This document shows positions 29,969-38,678 of a stretch of 64,000 nt of DNA, piece after piece. The stretch comes from Caldisericia bacterium (lineage in GTDB: Bacteria > Caldisericota > Caldisericia > JAAYUI01): NCBI GenBank assembly GCA_963674785.1, contig OY771555.1, forward strand, positions 1,856,001 through 1,920,000, written 5' to 3'. The number at the start of each line of letters is the position of its first letter. Position 1 is the first letter of the stretch. Both the position numbers and the translations under genes were made by a program. The notes under the pieces are model-generated. The model made no database searches. It was not told the origin of the DNA and saw only the letters and a list, made by a program, of their open reading frames with translations.

Positions 29969-30487
29969 ATGCTTGAATGCAAACGGTGTGGAAGAGCCAA
30001 CATTGAAGGTTCACATTCGTGTGAGTTTTGTGGCGACCTTTTAGGGGCGCTAGGACATCAATTCGAAGAGATTCTGGCAAAACCAAACTACATAAGATTC
30101 CCTCATCCTCCGAGCACAGTTACCACCCCACATCCAGTGGTGAAAAAGAGGACAAACATGGTGGGTAAGCTTACGCTCAACGACATAAGAGAATTTATTC
30201 TCGAAGGAAAAGACACATTTTTAATTGGCAGGTCTGATAATATTACTGGTTCCCAACCAGAAATAGACCTTTCACCTTTTGATACAGAGATGGTCACATC
30301 AAGAAAACATGCTCAAATCCTAAAAAAGGGTGGTGCCTTTTTTATCGAAGATCTTGAGTCAACAAATTTTACATATCTAAATGGAAGAATGCTTTCACCA
30401 AATACACCAACAAAACTTGATGACGGTGATGTTATAAGAATAGGTAAGATATACCTCGTATATTCACTGGTATCAAAAGAACAATAA
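29969..30487 (+). CDS. Zinc-ribbon plus FHA domain protein
   Basis: CKRCG...CEFCG; IGRSD...TSRKHA...DLESTNFTYLNG...LDDGDVIRIG; ATG 29969 after AGGAGG. Confidence 0.9.
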   Translation: MLECKRCGRANIEGSHSCEFCGDLLGALGHQFEEILAKPNYIRFPHPPSTVTTPHPVVKKRTNMVGKLTLNDIREFILEGKDTFLIGRSDNITGSQPEIDLSPFDTEMVTSRKHAQILKKGGAFFIEDLESTNFTYLNGRMLSPNTPTKLDDGDVIRIGKIYLVYSLVSKEQ

Positions 30488-30544
30488 ACTTACATCCCCA
30501 GTATTTGTATTGTTTATTGTAATATTTTTTTCTAGGAGGAACAT

Positions 30545-32959
30545 ATGATGGACACCAAAGTACTTGTTAAAAAGTACAAGGTTCTTGAGCCGCTTGCCTC
30601 GGGCGGGATGGCAACTGTATACCTTGCAAAGAATATGGCAACCGATGAGATTGTGGTTGCAAAAATTCCAAATTTTACTGGTCTGCCAAACAAAGATAAA
30701 CTTGAACAAAGATTTATTAGAGAAGCTCAGATACTCTCAAGCATCAATAGCGAGTACGTCGTAAAAATCCATGATTACGGCAAAGATGAAGAATCAGGGG
30801 AACTCTTCCTGATTCTTGAATATCTTCATGGTAAAACCCTTGAAGAAATAACCATGAGTAGTGAACGGATTCCAATCCCCACGGTTGTTGATTTAACAAC
30901 ACAACTGGCACAGGTACTATCAGACTTGCATAATCAGGGAATCATTCATAGAGACATAAAAAGTAGCAACGTAAAACTTACATCCGCAGGAAACATAAAA
31001 CTTTTTGATTTTGGCATAAGTAAGGGTAAAGACCTTCCAGCAATGACGAGATCAACCGATTTCCTTGGGACTCTTCAATATATGTCTCCTGAGCAGGCAG
31101 ATGGAAGAGACGTTGATATAAGATCAGACATATACTCTCTTGGAATAGTGCTTTATGAGATGCTCTTTGGAGAGCTTCCATTTGATGCGCCATCACCAGT
31201 CGAAGTTCTTGAGATGCAGAGAAAACAAAACCCAAAAATCCCATCATCTGCAAACAGCCGAGGGATACCAGCATCTCTACTCTCTCTCATGCTTCGATGC
31301 ATGAAGAAAAACCCAGACGACAGATACCAAAATCCCGAGGAACTCTTAAGCGCACTAAGTGTTGTCTCTGAAGAAATTGGGATGTCTGATAAGGAACGAG
31401 AAAATCTCAGAAGAAAAAAACTCACCCAAATTTCCTCACGAATTGTACCTACGTATGAGAAAAGGAACCGAAAACGAAGAACAGCAGCAATTTCAATTAT
31501 TGTTGCTGGACTGATTGCGATCGGTGGAGGTATGTTTGCTTTGCGTAGCTGCGGAAAAGAACCAATTACCCCGGATTTCCAGGTTGCGCAAGGTGAAACT
31601 GTCAAATATGAACTTCCACTTTCCGCTCCGCAAGACGCAATTGATTTAAACGCAACAATTTCAGAGATACCAGATGGACTGATTGTAAATCTTGATGAGA
31701 TTGAAAATGATAGTGGTTCGAGTTGGGTCTTAACGACTTTTGCAAAATTCAAAACCCCAACAGATATCTACCCACTTAAACTAAACATTGAATATGTTTT
31801 TCCAGACAAAAAAGATAGTGATGAGCAACCGCTGTATATCGAGGTAATTACTGGAAATCTTGGAAGCAAAGCATTAAAGATTGTCAAAGTCTCAGACATT
31901 GAAGAGCTTGAAAATCAAACTGGTGAAAGGGTTGAAGATGCCGTATTGATTGATGGTAAAGCTTATATCCCAATCGATAAAATTGCCGATGCAACATCCG
32001 CATCGACTCAATTTGATAAAGAAGCAGGAACATGGACTGTGAGTTCTGCAGAAAAAACCGCTATTTTCCATGACGGAAAGACATATGTTGAAATCGACGG
32101 AGAGAAAAAAGACATCACCGACGCCCCAGTTGTTGTAAAAGACTCAATGATTGTCTCAGAAACAACAGCGGAGGAAACTCTTGACGTTGAAATTGAAGCC
32201 AACATTGAGGAAGAAATACTTGAAATCACCCACAATGAACCTGAGCCAATGTCTACAGTAAAATTCATCACACTCGATGAAGAAGAAAATGAAATTTCCG
32301 GCGCTGCGGTTCTTTTTGGAAGCATTTTTAAAGGACACACACCTCTTACCATGAATCTTCCAAATGGGTTTTATGACATCAACATCGTTTATGATGGTTA
32401 CGAACACACAAACGACAAAATCTCACTAGAATCCCAACAACGACTTTCAAAAGAATATATTCTAAAAAAGATAGTAGAGGAAACCCCCGACCCTGACCCA
32501 GATGTCCCAGAAACTGGAACCCTGAAGGTTTCTGTAAATGTTCCATGGGGAGACTTTACTGTTGATGGAAAGAAATATGCAAATAGAACAAATCTTACTC
32601 TCGAAAACATTTCAAATGGATATCACACTATCACCTATAAGCTTTCAGGGTTTGACCCAATCACAAAAAAACTTCTCATAGAAGGTGGAGAAACAACAGT
32701 TTATGATTTCAAGATAAACTCTGGGATATTAAAGATAGACTGCAATTACTCTGCCTTTGTCTACGTTGATGGAGATTTCCTTGAAGATGTTACGACACCA
32801 TTTGAGATGGAGGTGGCTGCAAAAACATACACCATTGTTATCGACAAAACTAACTATGCTGACAGTGAAACTGGGGTAGTTAGACCCAAAAAGACTGTGA
32901 CTGTCAAAAAAGGACAGGTTTCAAAGTTAGAGTTTCAGCTGAAGAAAATAGAAGAATGA
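30545..32959 (+). CDS. Membrane Hanks-type Ser/Thr protein kinase with extracellular copper-amine-oxidase-N-like and PEGA domains
   Basis: GGMATVY, HRDIKSSN, DFG, GTLQYMSPEQ, DIYSLG; TM helix; DGKAYIPI; GHTPL and VYVDG..TTP PEGA-like repeats. Confidence 0.9.
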   Translation: MMDTKVLVKKYKVLEPLASGGMATVYLAKNMATDEIVVAKIPNFTGLPNKDKLEQRFIREAQILSSINSEYVVKIHDYGKDEESGELFLILEYLHGKTLEEITMSSERIPIPTVVDLTTQLAQVLSDLHNQGIIHRDIKSSNVKLTSAGNIKLFDFGISKGKDLPAMTRSTDFLGTLQYMSPEQADGRDVDIRSDIYSLGIVLYEMLFGELPFDAPSPVEVLEMQRKQNPKIPSSANSRGIPASLLSLMLRCMKKNPDDRYQNPEELLSALSVVSEEIGMSDKERENLRRKKLTQISSRIVPTYEKRNRKRRTAAISIIVAGLIAIGGGMFALRSCGKEPITPDFQVAQGETVKYELPLSAPQDAIDLNATISEIPDGLIVNLDEIENDSGSSWVLTTFAKFKTPTDIYPLKLNIEYVFPDKKDSDEQPLYIEVITGNLGSKALKIVKVSDIEELENQTGERVEDAVLIDGKAYIPIDKIADATSASTQFDKEAGTWTVSSAEKTAIFHDGKTYVEIDGEKKDITDAPVVVKDSMIVSETTAEETLDVEIEANIEEEILEITHNEPEPMSTVKFITLDEEENEISGAAVLFGSIFKGHTPLTMNLPNGFYDINIVYDGYEHTNDKISLESQQRLSKEYILKKIVEETPDPDPDVPETGTLKVSVNVPWGDFTVDGKKYANRTNLTLENISNGYHTITYKLSGFDPITKKLLIEGGETTVYDFKINSGILKIDCNYSAFVYVDGDFLEDVTTPFEMEVAAKTYTIVIDKTNYADSETGVVRPKKTVTVKKGQVSKLEFQLKKIEE

Positions 32960-35634
32960 GAAAATTCCTAACTGTTATTCTGATTATACTTTTACTGTCT
33001 CCGGCTTCGGTTTTTTCGGTTGGTTTTGGTGAAGCTGATTCCTGGCCAATGATTGGTGGAGACACCCTACACTCATCAAGAAAAATCGATTCCACACTCA
33101 CACCGAACATACAAGGAAAGCCACCAGTCTGGCGCTTTGACTCAATTGATGTTGCTGATCACGAATCTGTTGTTTGGAGTTCACCACTTACCGACGGCGA
33201 ACATATATACATTAGCTATGGAAAAAAGTATCTTGGCTCAAGCTCATACACCGATAGTGGAATCCTAAAGATTGACCTCGATAACGACCAGGTCTATAAA
33301 AAAGTCGCCGGCAGGCAATATGATGTATCCTCATACGATCCATCGACTCAAATTATTCCTACACCTGCACTAATAATTGAGGATTCTGGAACATCAGTTG
33401 TTTATGTTGATTCAAGTGGAAACATTATTGTTGATGAAAACAGAAAAAATCAAATAGAGGTCGGAAGAAAACCAATTCTTTCATCTCCAATTGTCCACGA
33501 GAACAAGATATATGTTGGTACATCCGATGGATATGCTGTTTCTATCGATATTGATGATAATTGGGAGACTCATAAGTTTTCATACGAAGGCATGGGAAAA
33601 ATCGTAGGGTCTGTCGGAATTGTCGATGATCTCCTTGTCTTTGCCGACGATAATGGATATGTCTACATATTTGACATTATCACAGGGGAGCTTTTATCTG
33701 CCGAAAAACCCATCCCCGATAAAAAGATCACTTTTTATACACCAACAATCGTAAACTCTGAAAAAGCAAAGTTCGCCGTATTTGCAGGGTCAGAAGGCTA
33801 CATTACAAGAGTCTCTCTTGATGAAAAATCGTATGGTAAGTCAATAAGCAGAAAAGTCTCAGATAATTCATTTGTTGCTACCCCTCTAGCCCTTGGAACA
33901 TCTATATATATCGGAGACGAAGAAGGAAACTTATACAAAATAAAAATTATCAATTTAGAAGAAGAGATAAGCAGAAAACTAGATTATCAGATAAAATCTC
34001 AGATAATCTACTGTAATAAATTTGTTTATCAAACCACCCAAGATAGAAATTCAAAAAACGGTAGCTTATGGGTTTTTGTTCCAATTGACCTCAGCGAATT
34101 CAAAATTTTAAGAAGGCTTCCACAAGGGAGACTAGATGTTGACGGCTCATCTAGCACACCTCTGATAGTGGGTGACTACATGTTCATCCCTTCATCGGCG
34201 GGAAACATTATCAGATACGAGGGCAACAAAGCAAAACTGAAGGTATCGACTAATACTCTTGATTTTGGAAGTGTCGCAATAAACACAGAGAAGACAGAAA
34301 CTTTTGTGGTAGAAAACGATGGGGGCGGAACAGGAACTCTAAGTGGAGAAATAACCGTCGAAAAAGACTGGCTCGAATGCACTCCAAGCTCATTTGAACT
34401 AGACAGAGGCGAGTCAATTGAAATTGAAGTCTTACTCCAGAACACTGATGAAATACCAGTGGGGATTTTACACCAAGAGGAGATAACCATCACCTCAAAT
34501 GCTGGAACAGAGATTGTCACAGCAGAGTTTGAGGTTACAAAAGAGCAGGGAGAATTTGATATTTCAACAGAATCAATTGACTTTGGACAGGTGATTAAAG
34601 GTGATTCTGTAAACGAAACTTTTTCAGTTTTCCTTGAAGACCACACGTTAGACGCTAGCGTTATTTGCGAAACTGAAGACGATTGGTTAACACTATCGAG
34701 ATCATACTTTGAGCTTTCAGGTTCAAGCAAGATGACATCCATAATAAACATTGATACATCAAATCTTAGCATCGGAACTCACACGTCAAAAATTGACTTT
34801 TTCCATGCTAAAAACCCTGAAACAAAAGAGATAGGTGAACCAACAAAAACACTGGTCATAAAAATTGAGGTTGTCAAAAGACCCGCTAAACCAATTACAG
34901 ATAAAAACTCAGAAACAATATACATCACTGACTGTTTCTTACCAACTGAATATACGACCAGTTTCGTTATAAGGAACGACACAAAAGATGGTGAACGAGA
35001 GGCTCTTGAATCAAACCTGGAGATAAAACTTGAGCCTGATTACGAATGGTTATCTGCCGACAGCACCTATGAAAAAGATTCTGACATGGTAATAATAGAA
35101 TGTAGGATAAGATCTGAGTTTGCTGATTTCTGGCCAAATGAAAACTTCTCCTCAACCCTGAGCTTAACTGTTAGCGGTACTGAATTTTCTTTTGATGTTT
35201 CGATTGTGTCCAGTCCAATCGAAACATGTAGTGTCTCATTTGTAATTGATTCTGAAAAATACACAGTGAATTCGAGGATTCTAGATGTAACCCCAGCTCC
35301 GTTCATATCAGAAAATGGAAACACAATGGTTCCAATCAGATTTATCGCAGAACCTTTGGAAAAATTTTATGGCGCTGAAATTGAATGGATTCCCGATCTG
35401 AAGACCGTTCTTTTCACACTTGGAGACACAACTTTAAGACTACGCATCGGTAACACCAACGCCTATATTGAACGCGGGGATGGTTCAGTTGACTCTATAG
35501 AGATGAATTCCGCTGCAGAAATTGTTGATGGTCGAACATTCATTCCTCCACGAACTATCGCAGAAGCCTTTGGTGCTGAAGTAAAATGGAACGGTGAAGA
35601 ACGAAAGGCTGACTTCATCTTTACTTCTCCGTAA
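32956..35634 (+). CDS. Secreted PQQ-like beta-propeller protein with Ig-like (BACON-type) domains and a C-terminal copper-amine-oxidase-N-like domain
   Basis: WPMIGGD, SSP repeats, IYVGTSDG; LDFG/IDFG domains; NTMVPIRFIAE and GRTFIPPR.IAEAFGAEVKW. Confidence 0.8.
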   Translation: MRKFLTVILIILLLSPASVFSVGFGEADSWPMIGGDTLHSSRKIDSTLTPNIQGKPPVWRFDSIDVADHESVVWSSPLTDGEHIYISYGKKYLGSSSYTDSGILKIDLDNDQVYKKVAGRQYDVSSYDPSTQIIPTPALIIEDSGTSVVYVDSSGNIIVDENRKNQIEVGRKPILSSPIVHENKIYVGTSDGYAVSIDIDDNWETHKFSYEGMGKIVGSVGIVDDLLVFADDNGYVYIFDIITGELLSAEKPIPDKKITFYTPTIVNSEKAKFAVFAGSEGYITRVSLDEKSYGKSISRKVSDNSFVATPLALGTSIYIGDEEGNLYKIKIINLEEEISRKLDYQIKSQIIYCNKFVYQTTQDRNSKNGSLWVFVPIDLSEFKILRRLPQGRLDVDGSSSTPLIVGDYMFIPSSAGNIIRYEGNKAKLKVSTNTLDFGSVAINTEKTETFVVENDGGGTGTLSGEITVEKDWLECTPSSFELDRGESIEIEVLLQNTDEIPVGILHQEEITITSNAGTEIVTAEFEVTKEQGEFDISTESIDFGQVIKGDSVNETFSVFLEDHTLDASVICETEDDWLTLSRSYFELSGSSKMTSIINIDTSNLSIGTHTSKIDFFHAKNPETKEIGEPTKTLVIKIEVVKRPAKPITDKNSETIYITDCFLPTEYTTSFVIRNDTKDGEREALESNLEIKLEPDYEWLSADSTYEKDSDMVIIECRIRSEFADFWPNENFSSTLSLTVSGTEFSFDVSIVSSPIETCSVSFVIDSEKYTVNSRILDVTPAPFISENGNTMVPIRFIAEPLEKFYGAEIEWIPDLKTVLFTLGDTTLRLRIGNTNAYIERGDGSVDSIEMNSAAEIVDGRTFIPPRTIAEAFGAEVKWNGEERKADFIFTSP

Positions 35635-35670
35635 GTAAAAAATTGTTTTCATGTGAAAATTTCTCCTGGC

Positions 35671-35698
35671 TTGACATAGATGCAATATTGCATATATT
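35671..35698 (+). promoter_or_regulatory. Promoter TTGACA-16-TATATT with the perfect palindrome ATGCAATATTGCAT (35680-35693) in the spacer; probable ArsR operator
   Basis: 14-bp palindrome between -35 and -10 directly upstream of an ArsR-family gene. Confidence 0.7.
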
Positions 35699-35705
35699 TG
35701 CAATC

Positions 35706-36017
35706 ATGCAATGTAACTTTAATCCACCTAATTTTGAAAGTCTCGAGAGAGCATCCCAGATGTTTTCGGCAATATCTCACCCAAAACGATTACATATAAT
35801 CACACTTATTGCAGAAAAGAGCATGTCCGTAACATCAATTGCCAATGAAATGGGTTGCGAACCACCATGCACATCTCAGCATTTAAGAATTCTGAAAGCA
35901 ATTGACATCGTTGAATGTAAAAGAGAAGGACATGAAATGCTTTACTGTCTCAAACACAAATGCATTTTAAACGCTATTAACTGCATCATCAAAGGATGTG
36001 AAATCTATGGCGAATAA
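35706..36017 (+). CDS. ArsR/SmtB family transcriptional repressor
   Basis: FSAISHPKRLHII, SQHLRILK, KREG..MLY; Cys-rich; ATG 35706 lies 7 nt after the -10. Confidence 0.9.
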   Translation: MQCNFNPPNFESLERASQMFSAISHPKRLHIITLIAEKSMSVTSIANEMGCEPPCTSQHLRILKAIDIVECKREGHEMLYCLKHKCILNAINCIIKGCEIYGE

Positions 36018-37350
36018 AAGCATTTCAATATTTCTAAAAAGCAATAAAAGAGAACTTATTATTGGCTTTTGGATGGTTCTTGCTCTTGCCTTTTTTGCTT
36101 CACTTGGCGTTCCAAGAGTAAAAGAGTCAGTTGATATAGGACTCGGTTATGTTAATGAATATGCTCGAGAACACATCTTGTTCAGCTTGTTGCCTGCACT
36201 CTTTATCGCAGGTGCAATTTCACAACTTGTAAGCACTGGCCCAGTAATCCAGATTCTATCAGGTCGCTTTGGAAGATTTCGAGCTTACCTTGTCGCAAGT
36301 GTTTCAGGTTCTGTTCTTACAGTCTGCTCATGCACAATTCTCCCAATTTTCTCTGGAATTTATCGAACAGGTGCAGGAATTGGTCCCGCAATTGCTTTCC
36401 TTTTTGCAGGTCCAGCGATAAGTGTTGTAGCTGTAGCTTTTACTGCGGTGGTCATCGGATGGAAACTTGCTCTTTCTCGAATAATTAGTGCAATTGTAAT
36501 ATCAATAATCATTGGACTTCTGATGGAGTATTTCTTCAGAAATGAAGAAAAAGAGAGAATTAACAAACTCGCTCCTATTGAAGGTACTGGTGTTCCTGTC
36601 TGGAAATCCATAGTTATACTTTCGATGATGACACTTCTTCTCATTTCTGCGACATGGGATATAAAAGCAGAAAATGATGGATCAACGGCACATCAAACCA
36701 CACAATCGGCTATCACCAACAAAAACAACATCTCTGAACACGAACTAGAATTCGAGATAATCAAAGAAAGAATTGGGGAAGAGGAAATCACAGAAGAAGC
36801 AAGCGATGATGTAGCCGAAACCAGTGGGTCATTTGATAATGTTACTAGGTTCATATACAAGATTAAATGGTATCTCACTGGATTATTCTTTCTGTTAACA
36901 ATCCTATTCTCGTTTCTTTTCCTGAAAAAGGATCAAGCAGGAGGGTGGATGGAGGCTACATGGGATCTTGCAAAAGAGATGATTCCACTACTTTTTGCAG
37001 GAGTATTTATCGCAGGATTCCTATTAAACATCATACCCGAATCATTAATCCAGAATCTATTGGGTAGCAATTCTCTTCTGTCAAGTTTCTTTGCATCAAT
37101 TCTTGGTATTGGAACATATTTTGCAAACTGTACCGAGGTTGCAATAATTGATGTACTTCTCAAGAAAGACATGGCGATGGGGCCAGCGTTATCGTTACTT
37201 CTTGCGGGACCAGCTGTTTCACCGCCATCCATGATCATCACTTGGTCGATTCTTGGTGCAAAAAAATCGATGACATATTTTGGGCTTGTTGTGTTGTTCT
37301 CAACGTTGGCAGGTTACATATATGGTTTGCTTCAAGGCATACTATTCTAA
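36007..37350 (+). CDS. DUF318/ArsP-like permease
   Basis: VCSCTILPIF.GIY..GAGIGPA.AFL..GPAI, GPALSLLLAGPAVS. Confidence 0.88.
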   Translation: MANKSISIFLKSNKRELIIGFWMVLALAFFASLGVPRVKESVDIGLGYVNEYAREHILFSLLPALFIAGAISQLVSTGPVIQILSGRFGRFRAYLVASVSGSVLTVCSCTILPIFSGIYRTGAGIGPAIAFLFAGPAISVVAVAFTAVVIGWKLALSRIISAIVISIIIGLLMEYFFRNEEKERINKLAPIEGTGVPVWKSIVILSMMTLLLISATWDIKAENDGSTAHQTTQSAITNKNNISEHELEFEIIKERIGEEEITEEASDDVAETSGSFDNVTRFIYKIKWYLTGLFFLLTILFSFLFLKKDQAGGWMEATWDLAKEMIPLLFAGVFIAGFLLNIIPESLIQNLLGSNSLLSSFFASILGIGTYFANCTEVAIIDVLLKKDMAMGPALSLLLAGPAVSPPSMIITWSILGAKKSMTYFGLVVLFSTLAGYIYGLLQGILF

Positions 37351-37368
37351 TTTGAAAGGAATATAAAT

Positions 37369-37611
37369 ATGAAAATCCAAGTACTTGGAACAGGACACTG
37401 TAACAAATGTGCTCTTCTTTATGATCGAACATTAGAAGCTGTAAAAAAACTCGACATTTGCGCCGAAGTAGTAAAAATTGACGATTTGAATGAGATTATC
37501 GCAATGGGTATCATGTCTACACCAGGGCTTGCAATCGACGGTAAAGTAGTCTCATCAGGCAAAATCCTTGGGACAGATAGAATCATTGAACTCTTAAAAA
37601 CAGAGGAATAA
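37369..37611 (+). CDS. Small redox-active disulfide protein (thioredoxin-like, MTH895 type)
   Basis: MKIQVLGTG.CNKC...GIMSTPGLAIDGKVVSSGK. Confidence 0.92.
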   Translation: MKIQVLGTGHCNKCALLYDRTLEAVKKLDICAEVVKIDDLNEIIAMGIMSTPGLAIDGKVVSSGKILGTDRIIELLKTEE

Positions 37612-37662
37612 TCTAGACTTACCACAGGTTAAAATGGGTTGGTTAATCTATAACCTCGATAT

Positions 37663-37828
37663 GCTTGTATCTTTTGACAGTTGAATAAAATTACTCATCA
37701 CTGGGGATTTAATGGCGGGAAGTGTGGGCTTATTTTGCCTCCTCCCGCCACTTACATATCTAACTTATTCCAGACGCAATTCGCTGATTCTAGCAGTACA
37801 AAAAAATGACAAAATACAAAAAGCTTTT
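37663..37828 (+). ncRNA. Candidate structured non-coding RNA (about 165-nt interrupted rod)
   Basis: Nested complementary segments centred on TGGCGGGA/TCCCGCCA; G-U pairs favour the + strand; possible promoter TTAAAA-16-TAACCT at 37629-37656. Confidence 0.3.
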
Positions 37829-37852
37829 AGTTTATTGGGAAATGTTTTGAAA

Positions 37853-37930
37853 TGGGGTGGGCAAGGAGATTCGAACCCCCGGCCTCCAGTTCCACAGACT
37901 GGCGCTCTAACCAACTGAGCTATACCCACC
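37853..37930 (-). tRNA. tRNA-His (GUG) with encoded G-1 and CCA
   Basis: GGTGGGTATAGCTCAGTTGGTTAGAGCGCCAGTCTGTGGAACTGGAGGCCGGGGGTTCGAATCTCCTTGCCCACCCCA folds as a cloverleaf; anticodon GTG, C73 discriminator. Confidence 0.97.
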
Positions 37931-38009
37931 ATGTATAACTCGGATTATAGTATTTATCAAAATGAACAAGTCAAGAATAATTTTGTTTTTTTGAATTAAA
38001 CTACGACAC

Positions 38010-38037
38010 TTGACAAAATTATTAGAAGTGATAGTAT
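38010..38037 (+). promoter_or_regulatory. Sigma70 promoter TTGACA-16-TAGTAT (extended -10) of the dnaK operon
   Basis: Perfect -35 immediately upstream of the CIRCE element. Confidence 0.65.
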
Positions 38038-38041
38038 CATT

Positions 38042-38068
38042 TTAGCAGTCGGAAGACTAGACTGCTAA
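38042..38068 (+). promoter_or_regulatory. CIRCE-like HrcA operator TTAGCAGTC-N9-GACTGCTAA
   Basis: Perfect 9-9-9 inverted repeat upstream of grpE-dnaK-dnaJ. Confidence 0.9.
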
Positions 38069-38089
38069 TTTAGAGAGAAGACAGCAAAA

Positions 38090-38656
38090 ATGTTTAGAAA
38101 AGAAAAAGAGAAAAAAGAGGAAACGATAGGGGTTGTTACAGGTCTTCAGAAAATCTCAAATGATATTGAGGTTTTAAAAAGCAGACTTTCTGAGCTTGAA
38201 TCTGAAAACAGAAAACTCAGATCGAGCCTCTTTACTGCAAATTCTGATAACAAAAGACTTCAAACAATTGCCCAGCGCGAAAAAGAGCAGGAAGCAAATT
38301 CAACATTAAAGAGAATTGCTGGACACTTTCTACCTGTAATCGATGATCTTGCACAGGCAAAAACAATGCTTCTAAATTCAGGCATCGACCCCGCTCATAT
38401 CGCACCAATCGAGTATATTCTCGGAAGCCTTGATAAAGCATTTGACCAGATGGGTTTTGTTAGTTTTGAACCACTTGGAGAAGACTTCGATCCTCACTCC
38501 TGCCAACTAGGAGGTAAGATTGAAAGTGATGAGTACGATGACGACAAAATCTGCAAAGTTGTAAGAAAAGGCTACAAAATCGGAGATGAAATAATCAGAC
38601 CAGCCATCGTGCTGTGTTCTCAAAAAAACAATACAGACTCAAATGAGTCAAAATAA
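38090..38656 (+). CDS. grpE: Nucleotide exchange factor GrpE (divergent)
   Basis: Coiled coil, FLPVIDDL, GEDFDPH, RKGYKIGDEIIRPAIV; first gene before dnaK. Confidence 0.88.
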   Translation: MFRKEKEKKEETIGVVTGLQKISNDIEVLKSRLSELESENRKLRSSLFTANSDNKRLQTIAQREKEQEANSTLKRIAGHFLPVIDDLAQAKTMLLNSGIDPAHIAPIEYILGSLDKAFDQMGFVSFEPLGEDFDPHSCQLGGKIESDEYDDDKICKVVRKGYKIGDEIIRPAIVLCSQKNNTDSNESK

Positions 38657-38678
38657 TTGATAAACAAGGAGGAGTTAT

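Noticed and set aside
35634-37853. ArsR-permease cassette as an island integrated at the tRNA-His 3' end via the Xer-like recombinase
   Set aside because: I found no duplicated tRNA 3' end (att repeat) by eye, and the intervening genes look native
37712-37918. 68-aa ORF on +
   Set aside because: It runs antisense through tRNA-His (WGGQGDSNPRPP is a typical tRNA shadow translation)
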